NCBI GenBank assembly: GCA_013375475.1
Contig: JABXKD010000015.1
Location: 1-53,065, forward strand
Length of the DNA: 53,065 nt
Source of the DNA: Promethearchaeota archaeon
GTDB lineage: Archaea; Asgardarchaeota; Lokiarchaeia; Sigyniarchaeales; SOKP01
Direction: 5' to 3'
Shown: piece by piece, positions 9,531-19,603 of the stretch
Position numbering within the stretch: position 1 is the stretch's first letter
Layout: every line of letters begins with the position of its first letter
Notes under the pieces: generated by a model
Database searches by the model: none
Told to the model about the DNA's origin: nothing
The model's input: the letters and a program-made list of their open reading frames with translations, nothing else
Made by a program: the position numbers and the translations under genes

Positions 9531-11153
9531 TTACTCTAAAGGATGACTAATTGGTTTATAAGTTGGTTTCCAATTAATAAATCCGTTTAATACACAGCCT
9601 TTCGTTTCAGATTTTCCCGCTCGTAATAAATTATATTCGACGATTTGACCTTTTTTCGCATCAATAGATAATCTTACTATAGATTCAGATAAAAAATCCT
9701 TTTCATCGATATTTTTGACGGGATCAGATTTTACCACGGCATACATGGGATAGCTTTTTTTGTAGGAGCGAGTATTACCACCTGGACAATAGTTAAATCC
9801 TTCTAAATTTGAAAGTATACAACCATCATCACACACCGTCATTTCTATGAAAAAATTTTCCTTCGAATCAATTGGTTCGATGTGAGCATAACGGATATCA
9901 TCTGCATCAATACCCTTTCTCTGAGCTTCATAATCACTAATTGATTTGCGTTCTTTGTTTCGAATAAAATCCTCCACCTTAGGTGTCTTTTTCACGATTT
10001 TTTTAAATTCCGGCATTACTTTGAGCATTCCGGAGATACATGTAGCCCCTGATCCATAGGATCCAAAATATATCAAGTCATTTTCTTTAACAGCAGTTTC
10101 TAGCAGATAAATCAATTGAGCCCATGTGGATGCAGAATACATGTTACCAATAGACATAGGCACATTAAGCGTGGGAAGAACCTTATATGTTAGTTTATTA
10201 AACAATATTTCTTTCAATTCATCCGTATTCGGCACATTTTCTTCTTTATTTATTTTATCTATAACAGGGATAAGTAACTCTTTTAAATAATCAGATGCCT
10301 GTTCTTGGATTCCAATAGAATCAGTGTTTTTAACAGGTTTATCGAACAAAATTCTCTTCATAGTGTCCCATCTATTTAAAAGAAGATTTTGTACGTTTTT
10401 TAAAGGTAATTTAGCGAATGGTGAGTGAAAAACCATGTAGTCTGGTAATAAAGGTCCTGCATTTTGGAAGAAATCATCAAATGCACCTAATTGGAATTTG
10501 ATATAAGAATCTATTGAGTATTTACCAAAAACCACAGGATATTTCTCATATGGCATTCTATAAAAATCGTTTACATTAGCTGAGTATTTCCCAAATTTTT
10601 TTCCAAAAGCAGCAATACGAGGATTTTTAGAAATTACTACCGCTGCTGCAGCTGCGCCCTGAGTTGGTTCTCCCGCACTTTTGAGCTCATAGCTACAAAT
10701 ATCGGCCCCAATAATAAGGGCTTTATTAATGATTCCGCTATTGATGAGACCTATGGCATTTAAGACTGCGAGAGTTTCTCCTGCACAAGCATTATAGACA
10801 TCTTGAGTCACACAGTTTAAAGAAGTCCCCAATACATCTGTAAGGATATTGGAGACAGATTTTACGGCATAAGTCATTGTTTCTGTTCCTACAAAAATAG
10901 CATCAATTTCCTTAGGATCAATATTTCCCCTTAAAAGTGCGTGTTGACCCGCTTTTACAGACATGCTAATGATATCTTCTCCAGATTCAGGAATTCGCAT
11001 CTCTTTTGTTAAAAGTCCCTTTAAAAATTTGTCTGGATCGATATCTCTGAATTTAGCTAATTCTTCTAGATCAACATAAGACTTTGATGTATAGAAACCT
11101 AATGAATCAATACCCACATTAAAGAAGAAATCTTCTTCTGTTGAATCTTTCAT
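9531..11153 (-). CDS. mvaS: HMG-CoA synthase with C-terminal Cys-rich extension (paralog 2)
   Basis: VGTET, NACAGE, HSPFAK, GNMY and SYGSG motifs; extension CDDGC-x10-CPGGN; colinear with paralog 1. Confidence 0.85.
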   Translation of the reverse strand: MKDSTEEDFFFNVGIDSLGFYTSKSYVDLEELAKFRDIDPDKFLKGLLTKEMRIPESGEDIISMSVKAGQHALLRGNIDPKEIDAIFVGTETMTYAVKSVSNILTDVLGTSLNCVTQDVYNACAGETLAVLNAIGLINSGIINKALIIGADICSYELKSAGEPTQGAAAAAVVISKNPRIAAFGKKFGKYSANVNDFYRMPYEKYPVVFGKYSIDSYIKFQLGAFDDFFQNAGPLLPDYMVFHSPFAKLPLKNVQNLLLNRWDTMKRILFDKPVKNTDSIGIQEQASDYLKELLIPVIDKINKEENVPNTDELKEILFNKLTYKVLPTLNVPMSIGNMYSASTWAQLIYLLETAVKENDLIYFGSYGSGATCISGMLKVMPEFKKIVKKTPKVEDFIRNKERKSISDYEAQRKGIDADDIRYAHIEPIDSKENFFIEMTVCDDGCILSNLEGFNYCPGGNTRSYKKSYPMYAVVKSDPVKNIDEKDFLSESIVRLSIDAKKGQIVEYNLLRAGKSETKGCVLNGFINWKPTYKPISHPLE

Positions 11154-11401
11154 ACTAGATTAAATATTCATAAATTTAATAAAAATTTTTTGCAGATTAG
11201 AATGAATAAAAGAATTTTTTATTTTGAATAACTTCCTCTTGAAGTATTTAATCAAAGTATTTAAGCTAAGCATAAAATGTTAAAAAATCGAATTTTCATT
11301 TTTCTGAATTTCAACCAAAAAATGAAAGATGTTTGGTAAAGAATCTAACACTTTTCTATGGTTAAATATAAATTTTAAAAAATTGCAAATAAGTAGAGAC
11401 A

Positions 11402-11881
11402 CTATTTAATGTTAAACTTCTTAGACGCATAGAGAAAGCCGAAAGATTTGCCTGGTCCTTTTGAATTGGATGTCTGATGGTGATAAGAATGAGCTTTGAA
11501 TATTCTTTTCATGTAACTACTCTTTGGTTTATACTTAGTTTTAATCCTCCTATGAAACCATACATCGTGGAAAATAAAATACCCCACACCATATAAAGCT
11601 ACGCCTATCCCCATCCAGAACAGAATATTTAATTCTCTTGCATTAAAAAATATCAACATGAAGGATAGTAAGCTGAAAATCCCAGCAAAAGTGTCATTCT
11701 TCTGAAATCTCCCTTCTGTATATCTATGATGATCCTCGTGCAGAAACCAGCCAAATCCGTGCATAACAAATCTGTGGAGGAGCCATGCGACGCCCTCCAT
11801 TGATATAATAGTAAGGATCATAATACCGATGTAAAGCACTATCGCTATCGGAAATGGAAGGTAATCAGTAAGATTTAACAT
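11402..11881 (-). CDS. crtZ: Beta-carotene hydroxylase
   Basis: Four His boxes (HRFVMHG, HEDHH, HDVWFH, HSYHH) and C-terminal SFGFL. Confidence 0.92.
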   Translation of the reverse strand: MLNLTDYLPFPIAIVLYIGIMILTIISMEGVAWLLHRFVMHGFGWFLHEDHHRYTEGRFQKNDTFAGIFSLLSFMLIFFNARELNILFWMGIGVALYGVGYFIFHDVWFHRRIKTKYKPKSSYMKRIFKAHSYHHQTSNSKGPGKSFGFLYASKKFNIK

Positions 11882-12098
11882 AATTATATAAAAAATAAAG
11901 TAAAAATAAAATTTAATCTTATATTATATTGATATAATCTACAAAAATATATCTTTTCGAAGCGATAGTTCGTTTTAAAAGAAGTGATATCAAAAAAATT
12001 TCGAAATTATTTGAGATCATTTTCTGATTGATTTAAGTAAAATTAATATTTTTAAAGCAAATGATATAATAATTAAAAAAAGTTAATCAATTAATAAC

Positions 12099-12923
12099 AT
12101 GGAAATTTCAAGAGTCCATCGTGACATTTTTAAAAAAGGAAGTACGACGTACTTCAATAGCAGTATTTTCTTTCCAAAATCTGTAAGAAGAGATGTTTTC
12201 ATCTTATACGGATTTGTGAGGGTAGCAGACGACTTTGTTGATGCAGTCCCACAAAAAAAGGAGGAATTTCTAAATTTTTGTAACTTGTATAGGCAATCGC
12301 TTTCTGGAAAGAAGACTGATGATTTTATCATTGATTCTTTCGCTGAACTAATGGAAAGAAGGAATTTTGAACAAATTTGGGCTGAAGATTTTCTCCATGC
12401 GATGGAAATGGATCTTACAAAAAGGAATTACGACACTCTAGATGAAACTATTGAATATATGCATGGATCGGCAGAAGTTATTGGTTTATTTATGGCTAAA
12501 ATTCTTGATTTGCCTGAAAAATCATATTTTGCCGCAGAAAGATTGGGAAGAGCGATGCAGTATATTAATTTTATTCGAGATGTTAAAGAAGACAATACTT
12601 TTGGGAGACGTTATCTTCCTTTAAACGGTTATTCTTTAAATAATTTGACCAAAGAAGAAGCAATGAAAAAAAAGACAGAATTTGAGAGATTTATAAAGAA
12701 CCAAATTGACCAATACTTTGAGTGGGTAAAGGAGGCAGAAAGTGGATTTAAATTTATTCCAAGGAGATACTATGTCCCTATTAAGACTGCCTCAGATATG
12801 TATAAATGGACAGGATTACAAATTAGGAATAATCCATTTATCATTTATGATGTAAAAGTAAAGCCTTCTAAACGAAGGATAATATTGAATGTTTTAAAGA
12901 ATTCATTTAGGATTAAAAAATAG
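12099..12923 (+). CDS. crtB: Phytoene synthase
   Basis: GSTTYF, LYGFVRVADDFVD and LGRAMQYINFIRDVKED..GRRYLP motifs. Confidence 0.93.
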   Translation: MEISRVHRDIFKKGSTTYFNSSIFFPKSVRRDVFILYGFVRVADDFVDAVPQKKEEFLNFCNLYRQSLSGKKTDDFIIDSFAELMERRNFEQIWAEDFLHAMEMDLTKRNYDTLDETIEYMHGSAEVIGLFMAKILDLPEKSYFAAERLGRAMQYINFIRDVKEDNTFGRRYLPLNGYSLNNLTKEEAMKKKTEFERFIKNQIDQYFEWVKEAESGFKFIPRRYYVPIKTASDMYKWTGLQIRNNPFIIYDVKVKPSKRRIILNVLKNSFRIKK

Positions 12924-12928
12924 TTGTT

Positions 12929-14434
12929 TTGAAAATGAAGCAAAAAGAAGAAAGAAAGGTAATTGTTATAGGTGCTGGTTTCACAGGTCTAGCATCAGCT
13001 GCAATTTTAGCAGATGCAGGATATGAGGTAACATTACTCGAAAAAAATGATAGACCTGGTGGACGCGCTATGGTATGGGAAGAAAATGGTTATACCTTTG
13101 ATATGGGACCCTCTTGGTATATGATGATTGAAGCATATGAAAATTTATTCTCCATTATTGGAAAGAAACCTGAAGATTACTATAAAACAATAAGAATAAG
13201 CCCGTCCTATCGAGTTTTTTTTAGTGAAAACGAATCTATGGATGTTATGGATGATATAAATAAAAACTACTCGTTATTTGACGGATTTGAATCTGAAGGT
13301 GGAAAGAAGCTAAAGAAATTTATAGATCAATCCCAAAAAATGTACGAAATTGCACTTCAAAAGTTTCTCTACAAGGATTACTGGAGTTTCAGGGATTTAA
13401 TGGATAAATCCCTCATTAAGGATGGATTAAAGCTTAAGATTTTTACGAAACTGGATAAATATGTGAAAAAATTTTTCACTAGTGATAAAGCGCAAAAGAT
13501 TGTTTCGTATCACGTTGCTTTTGTCGGTGCGTCACCACCCACTAGTCCCGCGGTTTACGCTCTACTCGCGCATTGTGATATGAACCTTGGAATTTGGTAC
13601 CCTATGGGCGGTTTTGGTGCTATTGTAGACGCACTTATGAAGGCGGGATTAGAAAAAGGAGTAATTATAAAATTCAACACAGAAGTCTCCAAAATTGTTG
13701 TAGAAGATAAAGTTGCTAAAAAAATCATTACAAATAACGGAGATTTTGAAGCAGATCTAATTTTAAACACGGGAGATTATGAAAGTGGAGAGATGGAGTT
13801 ATTGGAAAAAGAACATCGGTCTTATCCAAAGAAATATTGGGAAAAGAAGATGATTGCGCCTTCTGCCTTTCTAATTTACCTTGGTCTCAACAAAAAATTA
13901 AATAATTTTTTACACCATAATTTTTATTTTAATTCAGATTGGGACAAATATTTCGATCAACTCCTTGGTTCAAATCCCGAGTGGCCAGAAGATCCTTCTA
14001 TTTATATCACAGTGCCCTCTAAATCAGATCCTTCACTTGTTCCTCCAGAAGGAGAACTCATGACTATTCTTGTTTTAGTCTCTGCTGATCTTGAAGATAT
14101 TGAATCTAATCGTGAACCTTATTTTGATAAGATACTTGAAAAGGTTGAAAAAATAAGTGGGGAATCTATCAGGGATTCTATAGTTATAAAAAAAATAGTT
14201 GCACATGAGCATTTCAAAAACACATTCAATGCTTACAAAGGAACTGCTCTTGGTTTGGCTCATACGTTACGGCAAACTGCACTTTTTAGACCCCATCATA
14301 AAAGTAAGAAAGTTAAAAATCTGTATTATGCAGGGCATTATACCCATCCAGGAGTTGGTGTTCCCGTATCATTAATTTCTGCCCAGCTTGCTTGCGAAAA
14401 GATTATAGATGATGTTAAAAAGCAACTAGTTTAA
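12929..14434 (+). CDS. crtI: Phytoene desaturase (start may be ATG 12935)
   Basis: GAGFTGL, FDMGPSWY, WYPMGG, GLAHTLRQTA and THPGVGVP motifs; follows crtB. Confidence 0.9.
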   Translation: MKMKQKEERKVIVIGAGFTGLASAAILADAGYEVTLLEKNDRPGGRAMVWEENGYTFDMGPSWYMMIEAYENLFSIIGKKPEDYYKTIRISPSYRVFFSENESMDVMDDINKNYSLFDGFESEGGKKLKKFIDQSQKMYEIALQKFLYKDYWSFRDLMDKSLIKDGLKLKIFTKLDKYVKKFFTSDKAQKIVSYHVAFVGASPPTSPAVYALLAHCDMNLGIWYPMGGFGAIVDALMKAGLEKGVIIKFNTEVSKIVVEDKVAKKIITNNGDFEADLILNTGDYESGEMELLEKEHRSYPKKYWEKKMIAPSAFLIYLGLNKKLNNFLHHNFYFNSDWDKYFDQLLGSNPEWPEDPSIYITVPSKSDPSLVPPEGELMTILVLVSADLEDIESNREPYFDKILEKVEKISGESIRDSIVIKKIVAHEHFKNTFNAYKGTALGLAHTLRQTALFRPHHKSKKVKNLYYAGHYTHPGVGVPVSLISAQLACEKIIDDVKKQLV

Positions 14435-14472
14435 ACATAAGTAAGATTGATATTTTTTTTTATGCAAAAATT

Positions 14473-15642
14473 TCAATCTTCATTACTTTTTTGTTTCTTT
14501 CTTTGATGTAACTTCATGTGCCCTGCTTGTATTCCTTCTGATGCTAAAGCTCGCAAAGCTGCTACATTTTGACAAAGCCCAAGAGCTACCGCTACTTGTG
14601 CTAGTTCTTCAGCACTATTAATCCCAAGAATTTTTAAGGAAATCCTGGCTAATGGATGTGTTTTAGTTAATCCACCTATAATTCCAAACGCAAGTGGAAG
14701 TTCTAATTCCCCAATTAAATTTCCATCTGAATCAATATCAAATTTACTAAGTGGAGAATAACCATTTAAGGCGGCATAGGTATGTGCGCCTGCCTCGATC
14801 GCTCGAGTATCATTACCGGTTGCTGATGCCAGCGCAATAATTCCATTCATAATCCCTTTATTGTGAGTTGCTGCCCGAAATGGATCTGCTTTGGCAAATG
14901 CATATGCATATATAATAGCTTCAACAGCTTGAGGACCTCCTAACATATCTTTATCAAAAGTCGCCTTGCATTTTGCAATTCTATGAATTGCTAAATTAGA
15001 TATGATTCTAAGAAGATATTGACCTTCACACAATTCTGCGAGATAAGGTGCCACAGTTTCAGCCATAGTGTTTACGGCATTTGCTCCCATTGCATCCAAC
15101 ACATTTACAAGTAGATGCACTATAATCATAGGTCCTTTTATAGTTTCAATAGGTCTAATTTCTAGGTCTATTACACCTCCACCTAACTTAATAAGAATCG
15201 GGTCTTTTTCATTTGCTAATTTAATAATCTTTTCCTTATTTGCTTCAATATTTCTTACTGCATCATCCATGTTTTTAATTTTCACAATTTGAACTTGACC
15301 AATCATTACTTGCTTTATTTTCTCACAATGAAATCCTCCCAATTTCCTTGCCATTCTTGCTACATTGGATGCAGCAGCTACAACGGAAGGTTCTTCAATG
15401 ACCATTGGCACAAGATAATCTTTTCCGTTGATTTTGAAATTACATGCTATTGAATATGGTAATTGGTAGCTTGCAATGACATTTTCAATCAGAATATCCA
15501 TACTTTCTGGTTCGAAATAACCAAAATTCTTTAGAACTTTTGTTTCTTCATCTGTAAGGCCAACTTTCTCCTTTATAAGCTTTAATCTCTCGCTTATAGA
15601 GAGTTTATAAAAACCAGATATCTCTGAAGAATAACTATTCAT
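14473..15642 (-). CDS. mvaA: HMG-CoA reductase, class II
   Basis: ENVI, EEPSVVAA, DAMGAN, THNKGIMNG, GNDTRA and GIQAGHMKLH motifs. Confidence 0.95.
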   Translation of the reverse strand: MNSYSSEISGFYKLSISERLKLIKEKVGLTDEETKVLKNFGYFEPESMDILIENVIASYQLPYSIACNFKINGKDYLVPMVIEEPSVVAAASNVARMARKLGGFHCEKIKQVMIGQVQIVKIKNMDDAVRNIEANKEKIIKLANEKDPILIKLGGGVIDLEIRPIETIKGPMIIVHLLVNVLDAMGANAVNTMAETVAPYLAELCEGQYLLRIISNLAIHRIAKCKATFDKDMLGGPQAVEAIIYAYAFAKADPFRAATHNKGIMNGIIALASATGNDTRAIEAGAHTYAALNGYSPLSKFDIDSDGNLIGELELPLAFGIIGGLTKTHPLARISLKILGINSAEELAQVAVALGLCQNVAALRALASEGIQAGHMKLHQRKKQKSNED

Positions 15643-15841
15643 ATTTACAATTGTTCTTCGTTTTTATTAAAAGATTAGGTTATAAATTATTTAATTGTTT
15701 TGATCAAGTATCACGAGGTTCCAGACCCTCCCGTTTCGTTTAGTGGACATGAATTTCTTAGAAGTTCTTTTCTTTAAAGTTATTGAAGCTAGATTCTTAC
15801 GAAGAATAAACTATATATATTGTATTATTATTAGTGATAAT

Positions 15842-16933
15842 ATGAAAGCTTCAGCAATAGCACATCCAAATATTGCTTTAATAAAATACTGGGGTCGTGC
15901 GTTAGATCAACCATCATACCTTAATATCCCTACAAATGATACTGTAAGTATGACGAAAGAATCAATTAATTATGCTAAATCAGGAATAGATTTGATCACT
16001 CATACTACTATTGAATTTTCTGAAAATTTTATTGAGGACACTGGTTTTTTGAAAACCAATGAAAAATTAGTTCCGTTTGATAATGTTCAAATGAAAAGAG
16101 TTGTAAAAGTGGTTGAAGCTTTAAGAGAAATGGCGGACATCACCCTAAAATTTAAAATGGTGAGTGAAAATAAATTTCCAACTGCAGCAGGTTTAGCATC
16201 ATCAGCTTCCGGATTTGCGGCACTCGCAACCTGTACTAGTAAAGCGTTAAATCTTAATTTAAATAGAACGGAACTATCAAAATACGCTAGATTAGGTTCA
16301 GGTTCAGCAGCTCGCTCGATTCACGGAGGATTTGTTTACTGGAACAGAGGAAATTCTCATGACACATCATATGCAGAACAAATATGCGAATGTAATGAAT
16401 TCGATATAGCTGCTGTAATAGCAGTTATAAACAGAGGAAAAAAAGATGTCACCTCTGATGTTGGCCATGATTCAGCCCATTCTAGTTTATTTAATCAGAT
16501 TAAAATAAAAGAATCTCAAGAGAAATCTGTAGAAATCAGAAAAGCAATTGAAAATAATGATTTCACCACAGTAGGAATGATCTCTGAGAAAAATTGTCTT
16601 TATATGCACAGTGTAATGATGACATCGGACCCTCCTTTGTTCTATTGGAATCCAGATACTCTGAAAGTTATAAAAGCTGTTATAAATAATAGAAACCAAT
16701 ATTTCCAGACTTATAAGATGATTAATAAAGGTGTAAAACAAAAAGAGAAAGAGGGGATTGAATGTTATTTCACTGTCGATGCGGGACCAAATATTCATTG
16801 CTTATGTAGAACTGAAGATATTGACGCTGTTCAATATTTTATCCAAAATAAAATTGGGATTCAAGAGAGAGATATAGTGAAGGTAAGGCAGGCAGAATTC
16901 GGCTCTAAAATCGTAGAGCAGCATTTATTTTAG
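15842..16933 (+). CDS. mvaD: MvaD-family (di)phosphomevalonate decarboxylase; probable ATG start at 15842
   Basis: AHPNIALIKYWG, FPTAAGLASSASG, ARLGSGSAARS and FTVDAGPN motifs. Confidence 0.92.
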   Translation: MKASAIAHPNIALIKYWGRALDQPSYLNIPTNDTVSMTKESINYAKSGIDLITHTTIEFSENFIEDTGFLKTNEKLVPFDNVQMKRVVKVVEALREMADITLKFKMVSENKFPTAAGLASSASGFAALATCTSKALNLNLNRTELSKYARLGSGSAARSIHGGFVYWNRGNSHDTSYAEQICECNEFDIAAVIAVINRGKKDVTSDVGHDSAHSSLFNQIKIKESQEKSVEIRKAIENNDFTTVGMISEKNCLYMHSVMMTSDPPLFYWNPDTLKVIKAVINNRNQYFQTYKMINKGVKQKEKEGIECYFTVDAGPNIHCLCRTEDIDAVQYFIQNKIGIQERDIVKVRQAEFGSKIVEQHLF

Positions 16934-17060
16934 GTTTAAAATAAAATGCAATAGACTTCCTATAATAAAAGAATTAAGATATTACTAAGATTATAAAATT
17001 TTTCTATACATAATTTAATTGCGTCTTAACTTCTGTAATTTCAACATTACTATAGTTTTG

Positions 17061-17891
17061 TTATTTTATAACCAGTGTACAATCAATTTTTTGACCTTTC
17101 AACGATTTATAAATATACTTGCTCTCTAGGCCATTAATTAATTGAACTGGGATATTATTTTCACAAATTTTCTTAATTGAATCCAATTTTCCTTTAATGC
17201 CCCCCGTTACATCTATTTTCTGTCCCATATCTGCGAGTTTTAAACTACCTAATTCATCACACTTACATTGTTCAACTAATATATAATTATCTGAATCATT
17301 TTCATCTTTCACATATAAACCATCAGTCTCCATTGTAAAGATAACTTTTGATATATCATGTTTTTTCAAATTTTTACTTAATTCAAGGATGATTTGGTCT
17401 CCTGAAATAATTGAAAAAGAACCACTAATATCGAAAATTATATCTCCATATAAAATTGGCAATATATTTAAGTCTAAAGCGGCTTCAATCGCATCAATAG
17501 AATTTGTAACAATTTTATTTAAATTTTTTATAAAGATGCTCGAAGATTGTATTGATAAAACAGGGAATTGATTATCCAGAAACAACTCAATTAAAAAATT
17601 ATTGAATTTATTCATTGAATGATGAGTCTCAGCTACCCCAAGAATTTGATTAGGAATAGATTTATCAAGCCCTTTTGTAATATTGTATTTTTTCGCGAGA
17701 GGATGACCAAAGGAGCCACCACCATGGATCAAAATAAGTTTTTCATTGGCTTCAATTATTTGGCGAACTGCGCTTTTAACGACATCTTCTCTGATGGAGA
17801 AAGGTTTGTTTTTATCAGTAAGTAAACTTCCACCTAATTTCAATAGAATTATTTTTTCTTTACTATTCAATTTTATAAAGCACTCATCCAA
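17061..17891 (-). CDS. ipk: Isopentenyl phosphate kinase
   Basis: KLGGSLLTDK, HGGGSFGH, ISGD and DVTGGIKGK motifs. Confidence 0.93.
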   Translation of the reverse strand: MDECFIKLNSKEKIILLKLGGSLLTDKNKPFSIREDVVKSAVRQIIEANEKLILIHGGGSFGHPLAKKYNITKGLDKSIPNQILGVAETHHSMNKFNNFLIELFLDNQFPVLSIQSSSIFIKNLNKIVTNSIDAIEAALDLNILPILYGDIIFDISGSFSIISGDQIILELSKNLKKHDISKVIFTMETDGLYVKDENDSDNYILVEQCKCDELGSLKLADMGQKIDVTGGIKGKLDSIKKICENNIPVQLINGLESKYIYKSLKGQKIDCTLVIK

Positions 17892-18274
17892 TCATTGATC
17901 TCCAAGCATCCAAACTCCCAAAAATATATACCTTATTACACTTTTGTTTTGCTTAATTTTAAGAAGTTATTTAAATCTAAACTTTAGCTTAGAATAATTA
18001 TATTAGATAATTTTCAGCTAAATTTAAAAAATTAGATTTGAAATTAGTATAAAAAATAGATTATACTTCGAATAAAAAAAAATATTTCAAATAATAAAAC
18101 ATCTTAAAAAAAATAAAGCAACTTCAAAAAAAAATTGAAACTAGTCTTATAATTTTCCTCTCCAGATTAGATTATTATGGAAAAAACCTTTAGTTTTATA
18201 AAAAGTGTATCACAAATTCCTCTAGTAAAAACTAATAAAAATGTAAATCACATCGCAGTAAATAAAAGTATGAG

Positions 18275-19591
18275 ATGGAGTTTATGGGATTTAGAGAATA
18301 TTTAGAAAGTATAGACAAAAAAGGATTATTAAAAAAAATAGATGTTGAAGTATCAAAGAAGTTAGAGATTTCTGGTATATTAAAGAAGATGGAACCAACT
18401 CCTATAATGTTTAATAATGTTAAAGAATCTAAGTTCAGAGTTGCAGGTAATATTTTTTGTACTAAAAATGTTATTGCTTCGTATTTCAATGTAGCTCCAA
18501 CTGACATTATACCAATGCTTTCGAAAGCAATATTAGAAAGCTCTGAACCAGAAGTAATTAATGATGCCCCTTGTCAAGAAATAATTGAACCAGATGTAGA
18601 TTTAGATAAATTACCAATTTTATTCCATTGCGAAAAGGACGGTGGAAACTACATTAGTTCTGCTGTAGTCGTAGCAAGAGATCCTGAATATGGACAGAAT
18701 TTGGATTTTCACCGAGCTATGCAGTTTTCCAAAGATAAATTTTCTACTCGAATAGTTCGAGGTCGTAATTTTCATACATTTTTAGAGAAAAACGATGAAC
18801 TAGATGTTGCTTTTTGTATAGGAAATACTCCAAACATACTAATTGCTGGAGCTACCTCTGTTGAGATTGGATTTGACGAATTAAAAATAGCTAATGCTTT
18901 AGAACCAATAAAACTGGTGAAGGCAAATTCGGTTGATCTTTTAATTCCTGCTGAAACTGAGTTTGTTTTAGAAGGGCGCGTCTATAAGGATGAAAAACAC
19001 GCCGAAGGGCCTTTTGTAGATCTAACTGAAACTTACGACACGATAAGGGAAGAACCCGTTTTCGAGGTTAAGAAAATAACTCATAGAAAGAATGCGATAT
19101 GGCAAGCTTTATTGCCGGGAGCTCTTGAACATAAGATATTAATGGGCATGCCACGCGAACCTACAATATTCAATAAAGTTAACGAAGCTGGAGTTAAATG
19201 CTTAGATGTTAATGTAAATCCTGGAGGGTGCTCCTGGTTACATGCCATCGTCCAAATTGATAAAAAATCAGAAGAAGATGGAAATAAAGCAATAAGTGGT
19301 GCTTTTGCTGGTCATGGTAGCTGTAAGCACATTTTTATCGTAGATAGCGATATAAATATTTACGATCCTTTGTCAGTAGAATGGGCTATGGCAACTAGAT
19401 TTCAAGGCGACAGTAGAATGATCGTTAAAGATAAAGAACCAGGAAGCAGTCTAGATCCTAGCGCAGAACCAGGGACAAAAATGACTACTAAAATAGGATT
19501 TGATTTAACAAAACCTTTAATTATAAAAGGGAAGAGTTTTGAAATAGCAGATTTTCCCGAAATAGATATTAAGAAGTATTTTAACCAATAA
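18275..19591 (+). CDS. UbiD-family decarboxylase, probably anhydromevalonate phosphate decarboxylase (start may be 18284)
   Basis: EGPFVDLTETYD, EHKILMGMPRE, VEWAMATRFQ and SLDPS motifs; operon with AcnX subunits and mvk. Confidence 0.88.
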   Translation: MEFMGFREYLESIDKKGLLKKIDVEVSKKLEISGILKKMEPTPIMFNNVKESKFRVAGNIFCTKNVIASYFNVAPTDIIPMLSKAILESSEPEVINDAPCQEIIEPDVDLDKLPILFHCEKDGGNYISSAVVVARDPEYGQNLDFHRAMQFSKDKFSTRIVRGRNFHTFLEKNDELDVAFCIGNTPNILIAGATSVEIGFDELKIANALEPIKLVKANSVDLLIPAETEFVLEGRVYKDEKHAEGPFVDLTETYDTIREEPVFEVKKITHRKNAIWQALLPGALEHKILMGMPREPTIFNKVNEAGVKCLDVNVNPGGCSWLHAIVQIDKKSEEDGNKAISGAFAGHGSCKHIFIVDSDINIYDPLSVEWAMATRFQGDSRMIVKDKEPGSSLDPSAEPGTKMTTKIGFDLTKPLIIKGKSFEIADFPEIDIKKYFNQ

Positions 19592-19603
19592 GAGTGCTTA
19601 GTT

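Noticed and set aside
16680-16760. In-frame insert in MvaD before FTVDAGPN as a second intron
   Set aside because: No stop codons and no BHB or hairpin found by eye; treated as a protein loop.
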